Positions 54,571 through 64,000 of a stretch of 64,000 bases of DNA are shown piece after piece. Where the stretch lies: NCBI GenBank assembly GCA_002269645.1, contig NIVC01000019.1:62001-126000 (forward strand). Reading direction: 5' to 3'. Made by a program: the position numbers and the translations under genes. The DNA is from Macrostomum lignano. Lineage: Eukaryota. How positions within the stretch are numbered: position 1 is the first letter of the stretch; each line of letters starts with the position of its first letter. A model generated the notes under the pieces. It was not told where the DNA came from, did not search any database, and saw only the letters and a program-made list of their open reading frames with translations.

Positions 54571-57054
54571 CTAAACTCCGGGCAGCAGCAGCAGCGGACG
54601 CAGCCAGGGCAGCGGCAGGGCGGCAGCCATCGCCATCAGCTCCTCCGGTGTCCAGCGCCCGAAATTCCAACGCCGCCACTGCCGGCGCCGTTCCTCGCCT
54701 AGCAGACGCCGCAACGCCCTGGCGACCCAATCGGAGGTGGGCCGGCCAGCCGGATCCTCGGCCAGCGCCAGACAGCGCAGCAGACGATCAGCGCGCGGCC
54801 CCAGCCGGCCGGCCAGGCTGGGCAGGTCCTCCGGCCGGTAGGGCTGGCGCGAGCTGCGGCCGCCTCGCAGGAACGGATTGGCCAGGCCGAGCAGCTCCCA
54901 GGCCAGGCTGGCCACGGCCCACAGGTCCGACCGGCTGTAGTCTATGGCCGAACCCGGGCCGGGCCGAGCTCTGGCCACCTCGGGCGGCACCAGGTGCGAA
55001 TTGCCCCAAGCGACGACGCTGCTGTGCGGCAGCGGCATCGTCAGCGGCGAGACGGCGGCGCCGAAGTCGATCAGCACGAGTCGGCGACGGTTCGGGCAGG
55101 CGCCGCGGACGGCTACGTTGCTGGACTTGATGTCGCGATGGGCGATGCCAACGGACGGATCTTTCAGGTAGGCGTCGGCCTCGCACAGCTGGGCGAGCAG
55201 CTGTAGCGACTCGGCCGGACTGACCGGGCCGCCTGCGGCTAGCAGATCCGACAGGCTGCCCTCGTACAGCGGCATCACCATGTAGTAGGTGGTGTTCCTG
55301 CCGCAGCCGTCGGGGTGCCGCGAGCTGCGAGAGGTGTGAGAGGATGATTGGCGGCTCTTTAACACCCTGTATGATCATGAAGCGACCCGCAGAAAATGCT
55401 CACCTGGGCAGGTAGGCCGGCACCTCGGTCCAGTCGCCAGCCACCGGTTCGAACTCGGCCGCGAAGCCGGCCAGCGCCTTGGCCAGGCCCGGATGCGACA
55501 ACCGTTTCAGCAGGCGCAGCTCAAAGTCGAACTCGCGCTCCAAGCTGGCGAAGGCGGCCGATTCGACACTCGGATTGAAGTAGCGCTTCACGGCCAGCTG
55601 GGCGGAGCCTCCGGCCGCCGGGACGGCCTCCAGGACACCGCTGTAGCCACCGCGGCCGATCAGGCGGAGCAGGCGGAGGTCGCCGAGACCGGCTGGCCGA
55701 GGCAGCGACCGGTCGGCTGCCTCCCAGGCGCGGTCGCGCGCTGCTTCAATGCCGCAGCGCTGCTGTTGCTGCAAGACAAAAATAAAAGTATAATAATTTA
55801 GTATATGTAGACTAGCGCACTCGCCCCCCGCCTAGGGCAATTTTAATAAGCTGGGACTTCACAATAGCAATCCGGTCCGCTCAAGGCTTGTGTCTCTTCT
55901 CAGCTCTCGTCTATCTAATAATCTCTTCTCCTTTCTCTCCTCTCCCCCCTCCTTTCCTATTTCGTCTCTCATCTCTTCTGCTTTTTCCCTCGCCTCGCCA
56001 TTATTTTTTCTTCTATCTTCTCTAACCCTCTGACCATCTCCTATCTCCCCTCCTGCGCAGTCAGGCACTAGATTCTCTCTCTGGCCCTTAAAGTAAAAAA
56101 GTTTTCCAATCTCTGCACTGTGGTAAGGACACAATAAAATGGACACCAAGGAGATTTTAAAACATTTACTGTGTTTACTCGACACAGGCTCCAACATACG
56201 GGCAATACGGACATTGAGGCAGGCACTAGAACATATTTAGTCAGGGGTACAAAGAGACAAACACAGACGAAACGACAGAAGTGATAGAAAATCGACATAT
56301 ACAATCCTTAATCCACCCACTTTATTTATTACTGTAGAGTATGGAGTAATTAATTGCTCGTAGCATAGTTGGATAATACAAACATAATACGCTATATTAG
56401 GAATTTCTAGGAATTGCTTTAAAGCGCTGACTGACGAATGCGTTTGGCTTAATTCTCCAAGGAAGCACTGGCCTAAACCCGTAGGAGGCCGGGTCACCTT
56501 CTCACCTTCTCCGTAGGAGAGCCTTCTAACCCAGATTTCAGCTTTAGAGGTCCCTGCGGCTGTCGCCCCGCTGACCCCAGGGCACGCACACGGATAAGAA
56601 CGCAGACACGCTCTCACATAGTGTACAGGGCCTTGACTTTCAATCGCCAGGAATGTACACTCTCTGCACTCAGCGTTCAACTCACCTGGAAGGTGACAAC
56701 GGCACTCATTGAAGAGTCGGCTACCAGGCCGAGGCCCAAAGACAGTGCGGCCAAGGGTATCAGCCGCCTGCCGCCGCCGACGCCGCCAACGAAACGCCGT
56801 CGGGACACCGACAGCAGGAGTCTCTCCGCGCTAGACAAAGCCGGGTTCCTTCTGCCAATGCTGCTATTATAGTTGCCATGACGACTATGCGTGGTTAGCA
56901 ATGGTCGATTCGCCTGTCGCAAGTGGTCGGCCGCGTTGCTAAGCAACCGGGACCATAGGGCGCGAGGCTGACGGAGCAGCAGCTGCTTCAGGGGCGGCAG
57001 CCGCTTGGCGCCAGCAGCCAGTCGCTTGGCCAGCACCAGTGCCTTGGTGGCCAT
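54571..57054 (-). CDS. PINK1: PINK1-like mitochondrial Ser/Thr kinase, 3 exons, ~495 aa
   Basis: Exons 57054-56686, 55768-55404, 55324-54571 (phases 0,2). Basic N-terminus nearly free of acidic residues (MTS-like), then hydrophobic IPLAALSLGLGLVA. Kinase motifs IGRGGYSGV, LAVK, HRDIKSSN, DFG. PINK1-typical features: insertion LPSSRHPDGCGRNTTYYMVM, GNSHLVPPEV..ARPG..IDYSRSDLWA..AWELLG.ANPF. Confidence 0.82.
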
Positions 57055-57213
57055 GGATTACCAATGCTAATAACAATATCTTTGGTTTACAACTGCAGTC
57101 TCGCAGTGCTGTGCGCTAAGTAGTTACTTAGCTTTTCGCTGAAATTCAGAAACCAACTGCTGAAATTAAAATGTATTTCTCTTATTCTTAGCGTCTTCTC
57201 TGCTTTCTAACCA

Positions 57214-57867
57214 ACCCCCTAACCCCACCCTGTCTTTCCCACCCCCTAACCCCCACCCTGTCTATCCCACCCCCTAACCCCCACCCTGTCTATCCCACCC
57301 CCTAACCCCCACCCTGTCTATCCCACACCCTAACCCCCACCCTGTCTTTCCCACCCCCTAACCCCCACCCTGTCTATCCCACCCCCTAACCCCCACCCTG
57401 TCTATCCCACCCCCTAACCCCACCCTGTCTATCCCACCCCCTAACCCCCACCCTGTCTATCCCACCCCCTAACCCCCACCCTGTCTATCCCACACCCTAA
57501 CCCCCACCCTGTCTATCCCACACCCTAACCCCCACCCTGTCTATCCCACCCCCTAACCCCCACCCTGTCTATCCCACCCCCTAACCCCCACCCTGTCTAT
57601 CCCACCCCCTAACCCCCACCCTGTCTATCCCACCCCCTAACCCCCACCCTGTCTATCCCACCCCCTAACCCCCACCCTGTCTATCCCACACCCTAACCCC
57701 CACCCTGTCTATCCCACACCCTAACCCCCACCCTGTCTATCCCACCCTCTAACCCCCACCCTGTATATCCCACCCCCTAACCCCCACCCTGTCTATCCCA
57801 CCCCTAACCCCACCCTGTCTATCCCACACCCTAACCCCACCCTGTCTTTCCTACCCTTTAACCCCAC
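57214..57867 (+). repeat. 28-bp C-rich minisatellite (CCCTAACCCCCACCCTGTCTATCCCACC), G4-prone on the minus strand
   Basis: About 23 copies; four G>=3 runs per unit on the minus strand; one CCCTAA per unit. Confidence 0.95.
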
Positions 57868-58616
57868 TACAAAATATCTGTATAATAACTGATAATGAAA
57901 AAACTCATAGTTTTTGATAATAAAAACTGATAATAAAACTAATAATAATAACTGATAATAAAAAACTCATGAAAAAACTCGAACTGCATAGTTAAAATTA
58001 TTACTGGAAGATGTAAGATGAATTAATTAATATTTGATGGTTAAATTCGTGAAAAAAGGATAAAAGCTATTGAAGAAACTATTGGGGCAAAATATGATTA
58101 AGCGCAAACGAGTTTTAGAAGTGGCGCAATGATCAATTAACCGTTACATAATGAAAATTGACAAGATGCTTAATTTCAAACGAAGCAGGGTATAACTGCC
58201 ATTTTAGTAATTAGATCAGAATTAACCTTTTAAAAGCGTCTTAATTCCTCACAAGAACTCGAAGTGAAAAACCATAAAGCGATGGGCCTCCAATAGATAG
58301 AAAGTTGAGGCAGTTGCAGAAAAGCAAAAACCAAACGCCTTACTTCGGGTATTCGAGAATTGAAAACATTTTTAAACACACAAAAACACCCGGAACCCGT
58401 ATGAAATATGAAGAATTTTAGCTGAAGAAAATAACAAAAAATTAAAAATTAAACAAGACAGTAAAATTCAGAATTAAACAGGCTAATAGAGAGGCTAAAC
58501 GATTTTTTTAAAAAGAGCCTTTGAAAAACTGAAAAACATCATAGTCAGTCCGTCATGACCATTACTAATTGGAGAATTCTATTTATTAACCATGCCAAAG
58601 GCGTATAGCTCTGCGC

Positions 58617-61600
58617 TCACAGGCTGAGCACGCAGACGCCGCGAGAGTCGCCAACAGCGAACTCCTGCGTGTTCATGTAGCAGCTGTCCGCCACCAACCA
58701 GCTCGCCGCCTCCGCCTGGCAGGACCAGCGAAGGCCCGCCGTCTCAGCCCCGGCGGGGACTGCCTTGTCCGGCTTGTCGAATGCGCGGCCTGCGGGCGGG
58801 GACGAGAAGGGTAAAGAGAGTGGGGAGGGTAAATAGAGTGAGGAGGGTGAATAGGATGAGGAGGGTAAAGAGGGTGAGGAGGGTAAAGAGGGTGGGGAGG
58901 GTAAATAGGGCGAGGAGGGTAAATATGGTGAGAAGGGTGAATAGGATGAGGAGGGTAAAGAGGGTGAGGAGGTTAAGGAGGGTGGGGAGGGTAAATAGAG
59001 TGAGGAGGGTGAATAGGGTGAGGAGGGTGAATAGGATGAGGAGGGTAAAGAGGGTGAGGAGGTTAAGGAGGGTGGGGAGGGTAAATAGAGTGAGGAGGGT
59101 GAATAGGGTGAGGAGGGTGAATAGGATGAGGAGGGTAAAGAGGGTGAGGAGGGTAAAGAGGGTGGGGAGGGTAAATAGAGTGAGGAGGGTGAATAGGGTG
59201 AGGAGGGTGAATAGGATGAGGAGGGTAAAGAGGGTGAGGAGGGTAAAGGGTGAGGAGGGTGAATAGGATGAGGAGGGTAAAGAGGGTGAGGAGGGTAAAG
59301 GGTGAGGAGGGTAAAGAGGGTGAGGAGGGTAAAGAGGGTGAGGAGGGTAAAGGGTGAGGAGGGTGAATAGGATGAGGAGGGTAAAGAGGGTGAGGAGGGT
59401 AAAGAGGGTGGGGAGGGTAAATAGAGTGAGGAGGGTGAATAGAGTGAGGAGGGTGAATAGGGTGAGGAGGGTGAATAGGGTGAGGAGGGTGAATAGGATG
59501 AGGAGGGTAAAGAGGGTGAGGAGGGTAAAAGGGTGAGGCGCACAGAATGTACACAGAATGCTCAGTTACGCATTTTGAGAGAATTTCTTGCCCAAAAACT
59601 ACGGGTACATTCTAAACTAGCTGCTGTGACAGTGAAGAAAAATTAAGTAGGCTGAACGGCACTTTAGTTTAAAGAAGGCAAAGAGGGTAGAAAATGAGAA
59701 TGACAAGAAGTATAAGAAGCGAGGCGAATCAAGAGATAAACTCCAGAGTGCCTCACCAGCGGGAGTTCTGAGCACCCGTCCGACCCCGGCTGAGTCGGTC
59801 ATAGCCAGCAGCAGGGTGGATCTGAACACAAGAGCTGACGGTGGACAGTCGGGCAGTGTGTCTAGCAGGGCCGGCCGGTTGCTCCAGCGGACGAGGCGGC
59901 TGCTGCTGCCGGCCAGCTCAAAGCGGAAGCGGTGGGCGGAGTAGCGGCCCGGACAGCCGGGCTCGCTGTCGATGACCACCAGCCAGCGCTCAGCGAAGTT
60001 CCACGCCAGACGGACCGGCCCGTTCAGCCCGAGGCTGGCGTTCGTCTGCGTCAGCCGGAACTCCTCGGCGTTCGATGGCGATGTCGGTCTGGCCGTTGCA
60101 CCGTCGGCTTCGGAATGTTCAGACCTGGTAAGCGATGGCAGCGACACGATGAAGATGCCGACGCTGGGGCAGGCGATGAAGAGCCATTCGCCTGTGCAGA
60201 CGACGTCTTCAGGCTGGTGCAGAGAGAAGCTGGAGAGAACGGGTGGGGCGATGGTGAAGGGTCAGTGTGAAAGTACATGTATTTAATGCGATGCTCAGTA
60301 AGGTGTTCAATGGGTGAGATGCTCAGTGAGGTTCTGAGTGAGATACTCGGTGAGGTTCTGAGTGAGATACTCGGTGAGATGGTCAGTGAGATGGTCAGTG
60401 AGATGGTCAGTGAGATGGTCAGTGAGATGGTCAGTGAGATGGTCAGTGAGATGGTCAGTGAGATGGTCAGTGAGATGGTCAGTGAGATGGTCAGTGAGAT
60501 GGTCAGTGAGATGGTCAGTGAGATGATCAGTGAGATGGTTAGTGAGATGGTCAGTGAGATGGTCAGTGAGATGGTCAGTGAGATGGTTAGTGAGATGCTC
60601 AGTGCTACACAACGCAGACAAGCGTCAGTCAGTCAGTGCGCACCGTTTAGTGACAGTCGGACCAAAGCTGGCATCCACCGAGCCGTTGCTCTTGACGCAG
60701 AGCACTTTGCCGGCGCTGCGGTCCAGAATCAGCAGCCAGCCGCGCTGGTGGCAGACGCGAACCCGGTGCGGCCGGGCCTCGCCGCCCATTCGCAGCGGCA
60801 GCGGGTACTTGAATCGGCCGCGACGGTCGTACACGCGAATCGCTACAGCGCCGCCGCTGCCGCCCAGCTGCTCCAGCACAAAGAAGCTGCCGTGTAGAAA
60901 GGCGAGCGAAGCTGGTCGATTTCCAGTGTCGAAAGAATTTTTTGCGGCAACTGCCGGCCGATGCGAGTCGACGGAGGCAGCCAGCTCCAGACGGCCGATT
61001 GGCGGCTGATGCTGGGAGTGTTGGAACAAATCTCTGTCTTGATCCTGTTGCAGCGATACATTGCGTACCCCAAAGCTTCCAACCTATTTTGAATGTGTCT
61101 ATCAACCAATCACGAGTGCTAACTTTTTTTATACAGGCTTTTAGCCCGTGTGAGTGAGCACGAGTAAGATGTGTGGGGGCTGGCTGATTTAGTTAAGATT
61201 AACACAGATTAACACAATATATGATCTTTGGTAAGACAAGAATTTTAATGAATTTTTAAACTAAGCCAAGGCTTATTTATTGGGCTCTTACTCCCCAGCT
61301 TAAACCCTCCAATCGCGCCTTTCTACACTACCCCCCACCCCGCCCCAATTTTTATTGCCTTTCTTTGAATTCCAGCCTAAAGCTGTAGTTATTTTAGTGG
61401 TTTCGCCCGGTCACACGAGAAGCAAGAGAGGCAGAGGCAAAGAAAAGACTGGGTTTTTTTTGGGGGGGGGAGGCGCAGAGATGAAAGAAGGGGACAGAGG
61501 GAGGACAGGCATCCAGTGGACAGCCACGACGCTCACCCCATCAGCCAGCCAATCAGGAGTCGCCGCCGGGGGAGAGGCACAGACAGGACGGAAAATAAAG

Positions 61601-62989
61601 CTGGGACACGGGCAGAGCATAGGCCAGGCCAGGGTGGGACTTGGACTCCCCCTCCCAACCCAGGCCTGACCCACCGGGCCCAATCAGAGCGAGAGGAGGA
61701 GAGGGAGAGAGACAGCATAGCACAAAACAAGTAGATCCACCACACTAAATACGCCAACAACGAAGGACTGAAAGTTAACATCTTTGTTATACATAGACAA
61801 GAGCCATAGAATTAAGACACATACTTCGTCGCCGTGATGAAGCATAGGCCCTGGATTATGGGAGTAAATCGCGCAAGCTCTAATTATAGAATCAAACAAA
61901 CAGAAGCTGAGTGCGCACACCTCATCGGCTAACGGAAGCGACTCCACTGGGTTACTCGGGTTAGAAGCCTCGGCCATTGGCTGCTTCTGCTGTTGCTGCG
62001 ATTGCTTCTTTCCCCTTGTTCGCGTCCTTTTCTTGTGCGGCTGCTGTTGAGAATGGGGGGGGTAGGATTAGAATAGTTTGAATTGGGAAGATTGCATTGG
62101 GGATTGAGATTACCAAGTTAGATCTTACTGGGGGCGGGGGTAAAATTTACTTAGGGAATTGTATCTACTCGCAGCTACTGAGGGGGTAGAGAGAGCTGGG
62201 GTAGATGGCAGCTACTGAGGGGTAGAGTGAGCGTGAGCTGGGGTAGATGGCAGCTACTGAGGGGTAGAGTGAGCGTGAGCTGGGGTAGATGGCAGCTACT
62301 GAGGGGTAGAGTGAGCGTGAGCTGGGGCAGATGGCAGCGGCACTCACGGCAGCCGCAGTCGCCCGCTTGCCCCCGCCGTCTGGCTGCAGCACGGCCCCAA
62401 AGTCCAACAGGGTGCCCGTCAGCTGGTAGGGCGCCTTGGCCTTGGCCAGACTGTCCGACTCCGCCCCGGATGACTGCCAGTCCTCCTCCTGACTGTCGGC
62501 ATCATCGGCATCCGCCTCCGCGGCAGCAGCCGACAAAGCCGCGAACGGGTTGTCGGTTTTGCGCCGCGCCGCCCACTCGTCGTGCCAGTCGATCCGCAGG
62601 CCATCCAGCAGCCGCCCCGTCCGCCTAGTCGCCAGCTCGGCGTCGAACTGCCCGACCTGCATCAGCTCCGCCTCCCGCCTCAGGCAAGAGTCCAGCCTCT
62701 CCTCGACATCGCGAAGCCGCTCCTCGGTCCAGTCGGCTGCCGGCGGTGGCGTCGCTCGCGCCGAGTCGGCGAGCCGCTCGATCTCCGACACAACGCCGAC
62801 GAGCTGCTGCTGCTGGTCGGCTGCAACCGAGTGGCGCCGGATGTCGGCGAGGAGCTCCGCCCGACGCGCCTCCAGCTGTTGGACGGCGTCGTCAAAAAAG
62901 CCGTTGACCTGGTCGATGAGCTCCTTGCGAGAGTCGACTCGGTTGAGCAACAGGCGCAGATCGGAGGCCTTCGAGCCGATCCGCTCCAT
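58617..62989 (-). CDS. Coiled-coil + NHL/beta-propeller-like repeat protein (TRIM-NHL-like C-terminal architecture), >=5 exons, ~603 aa
   Basis: Exons 62989-62348, 62043-61921, 61044-60644, 60229-59757, 58789-58617 with consistent phases (0,0,2,1). The N-terminal part resembles a B-box C-terminal coiled coil (ELIDQVNGFFDDAVQQLEARRAELLADI). The C-terminal part has NHL-like blades (RPASLAF..VRVYDRRGRF; RPHRVRV..GWLLILDRSAGKV; LHQPEDVV..WLFIA; LNGPVRLAW..WLVVID). No RING or B-box was seen; both termini are uncertain. Confidence 0.6.
58805..59538 (+). repeat. 18-bp intronic minisatellite (GAGGGTGAGGAGGGTAAA) with higher-order blocks
   Basis: 6-aa periodic ORFs. Confidence 0.93.
60300..60605 (+). 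repeat. 12-bp intronic minisatellite (GTCAGTGAGATG)
   Basis: 4-aa periodic ORFs. Confidence 0.93.
62170..62338 (+). repeat. 42-bp intronic repeat adjacent to the donor at 62347
   Basis: 14-aa periodicity (YPSSRSLYPSVAAI); about 4 copies. Confidence 0.88.
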
Positions 62990-64000
62990 CGCAGCTGCTG
63001 CTGCAAAAATCAGCGGAGCTGCTCCGACTCAGACAGACTTAGACTTAGTTGTTATGTTCTCAGGATAGCCGCTAACTTGTGTGGCAATAACTATCAGCTT
63101 ATGAATCAAGACTAGCCGACCAGATAAGGCGGCCCTACTAATGCTAAAGCCACGACAAAAGTAAAATTATTGCAATACAAAAATTAAATTAAAAAGATTG
63201 AGGCAATATTAGTAGAAGTACTTTCTTTAAGGCGCGAAGCTAACAACCATGTTTAATAAAACTGCTACTATATACAAATATCGCCTACTTGATAGTAGTA
63301 GTAACAAAGGAATTTGAATGATTTATTTATTTAAAACCAAAGAATGCTGCAAACAGACGGCAATAAGAAGTATAAAAGTGCCTTTTGTGTACAAAAAAAT
63401 GGATTTAAATTTATTCCGGAATAAAATTATTTTTTCGATGCAAACAAAGAGCGTAAAAAAGTAAGAATGTAGAGAAATATCTAATAAACATACAACGCAA
63501 CCCCTCACAGTCACGCCCGCCGATTATATTCAACAATAATTGAAAAGCCACACAACCTTTCGCTCAGTCGTCGCACTGCAGCTGCTCAAATGTGTTAATG
63601 CACGACTCAATGTGTAGTTCAACTGATTTCTCCCTCATCTAAATAACCTTCGGGACCTTCAACGCGATGACTTTAGTTTAGAAAGAAACGCTGTCAAGAA
63701 TCGAAAAGTCATCTCTCTGTAAACTGCGCACATTCACAATGTCTTAGCATAATTGAATAGGAGCGGAATCGATCCCCCGACGTCGGGACCTCGGTGACCT
63801 GCCGCGGAGTAACCTGCGTGCCGCCCTACCACGCGACCGGCTCCTCTCTACGCCGCGAAACCTTCCACCTCTGCCAAAGACAAGCGATGCACTTGGCACC
63901 GCACCGTCCTCTTGAAGCTCGGCCTCGTCACCTTGAGACGACTGGCTCGAGTCTTCATTGCGTTGAGTTTCAACTAAAGAGCCGCCTCTTCCATAGGGCC

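Noticed and set aside
54571-55774. Two separate kinase ORFs or a frameshifted pseudogene
   Set aside because: A 79-nt GT..AG intron (55403-55325) joins them in frame.
37868-57867. Interstitial telomere or chromosome fusion site
   Set aside because: TTAGGG occurs only once per longer unit and never as tandem (TTAGGG)n or head-to-head arrays.

Overview
This window is eukaryotic genomic DNA from an intron-rich, tandem-repeat-rich animal. GC-rich exons with CAG/GCC runs, AT-rich spacers and private minisatellites in most introns suggest the flatworm Macrostomum or a relative; this is an inference, not a database result. Five multi-exon genes, all on the minus strand, were assembled by hand with GT..AG junctions and consistent reading phase at every junction. 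In transcription order they are: (1) a coiled-coil plus NHL/beta-propeller-like protein (62989-58617); (2) a PINK1-like mitochondrial kinase (57054-54571); (3) a RIM/UNC-10 active-zone scaffold with Zn finger, PDZ, C2A and C2B (48363-31995); (4) a NIPA2-family Mg2+ transporter (26541-22627); (5) a SPMIP4/C7orf31-like ciliary or sperm microtubule inner protein (18703-751). By hand tally, roughly 45% of the window is tandem repeat in about 30 arrays, and nearly all long ORFs in the supplied track are translation artefacts of these arrays. There is no CRISPR array, rRNA or tRNA, and no bacterial-type system. The best leads are: intron-private minisatellites that appear seeded from adjacent splice-signal sequence; an unpaired 3' splice acceptor just upstream of the first ATG of all five co-oriented genes (possible SL trans-splicing or operon); an internal RFX X-box promoter with an in-frame alternative first exon in the ciliary gene; inverted (GACA)n/(TGTC)n arrays bracketing exon pairs; and a palindromic MITE-like element. 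None is proven. Family assignments rest on remembered motifs, and repeat boundaries are approximate (about +/-20 nt).
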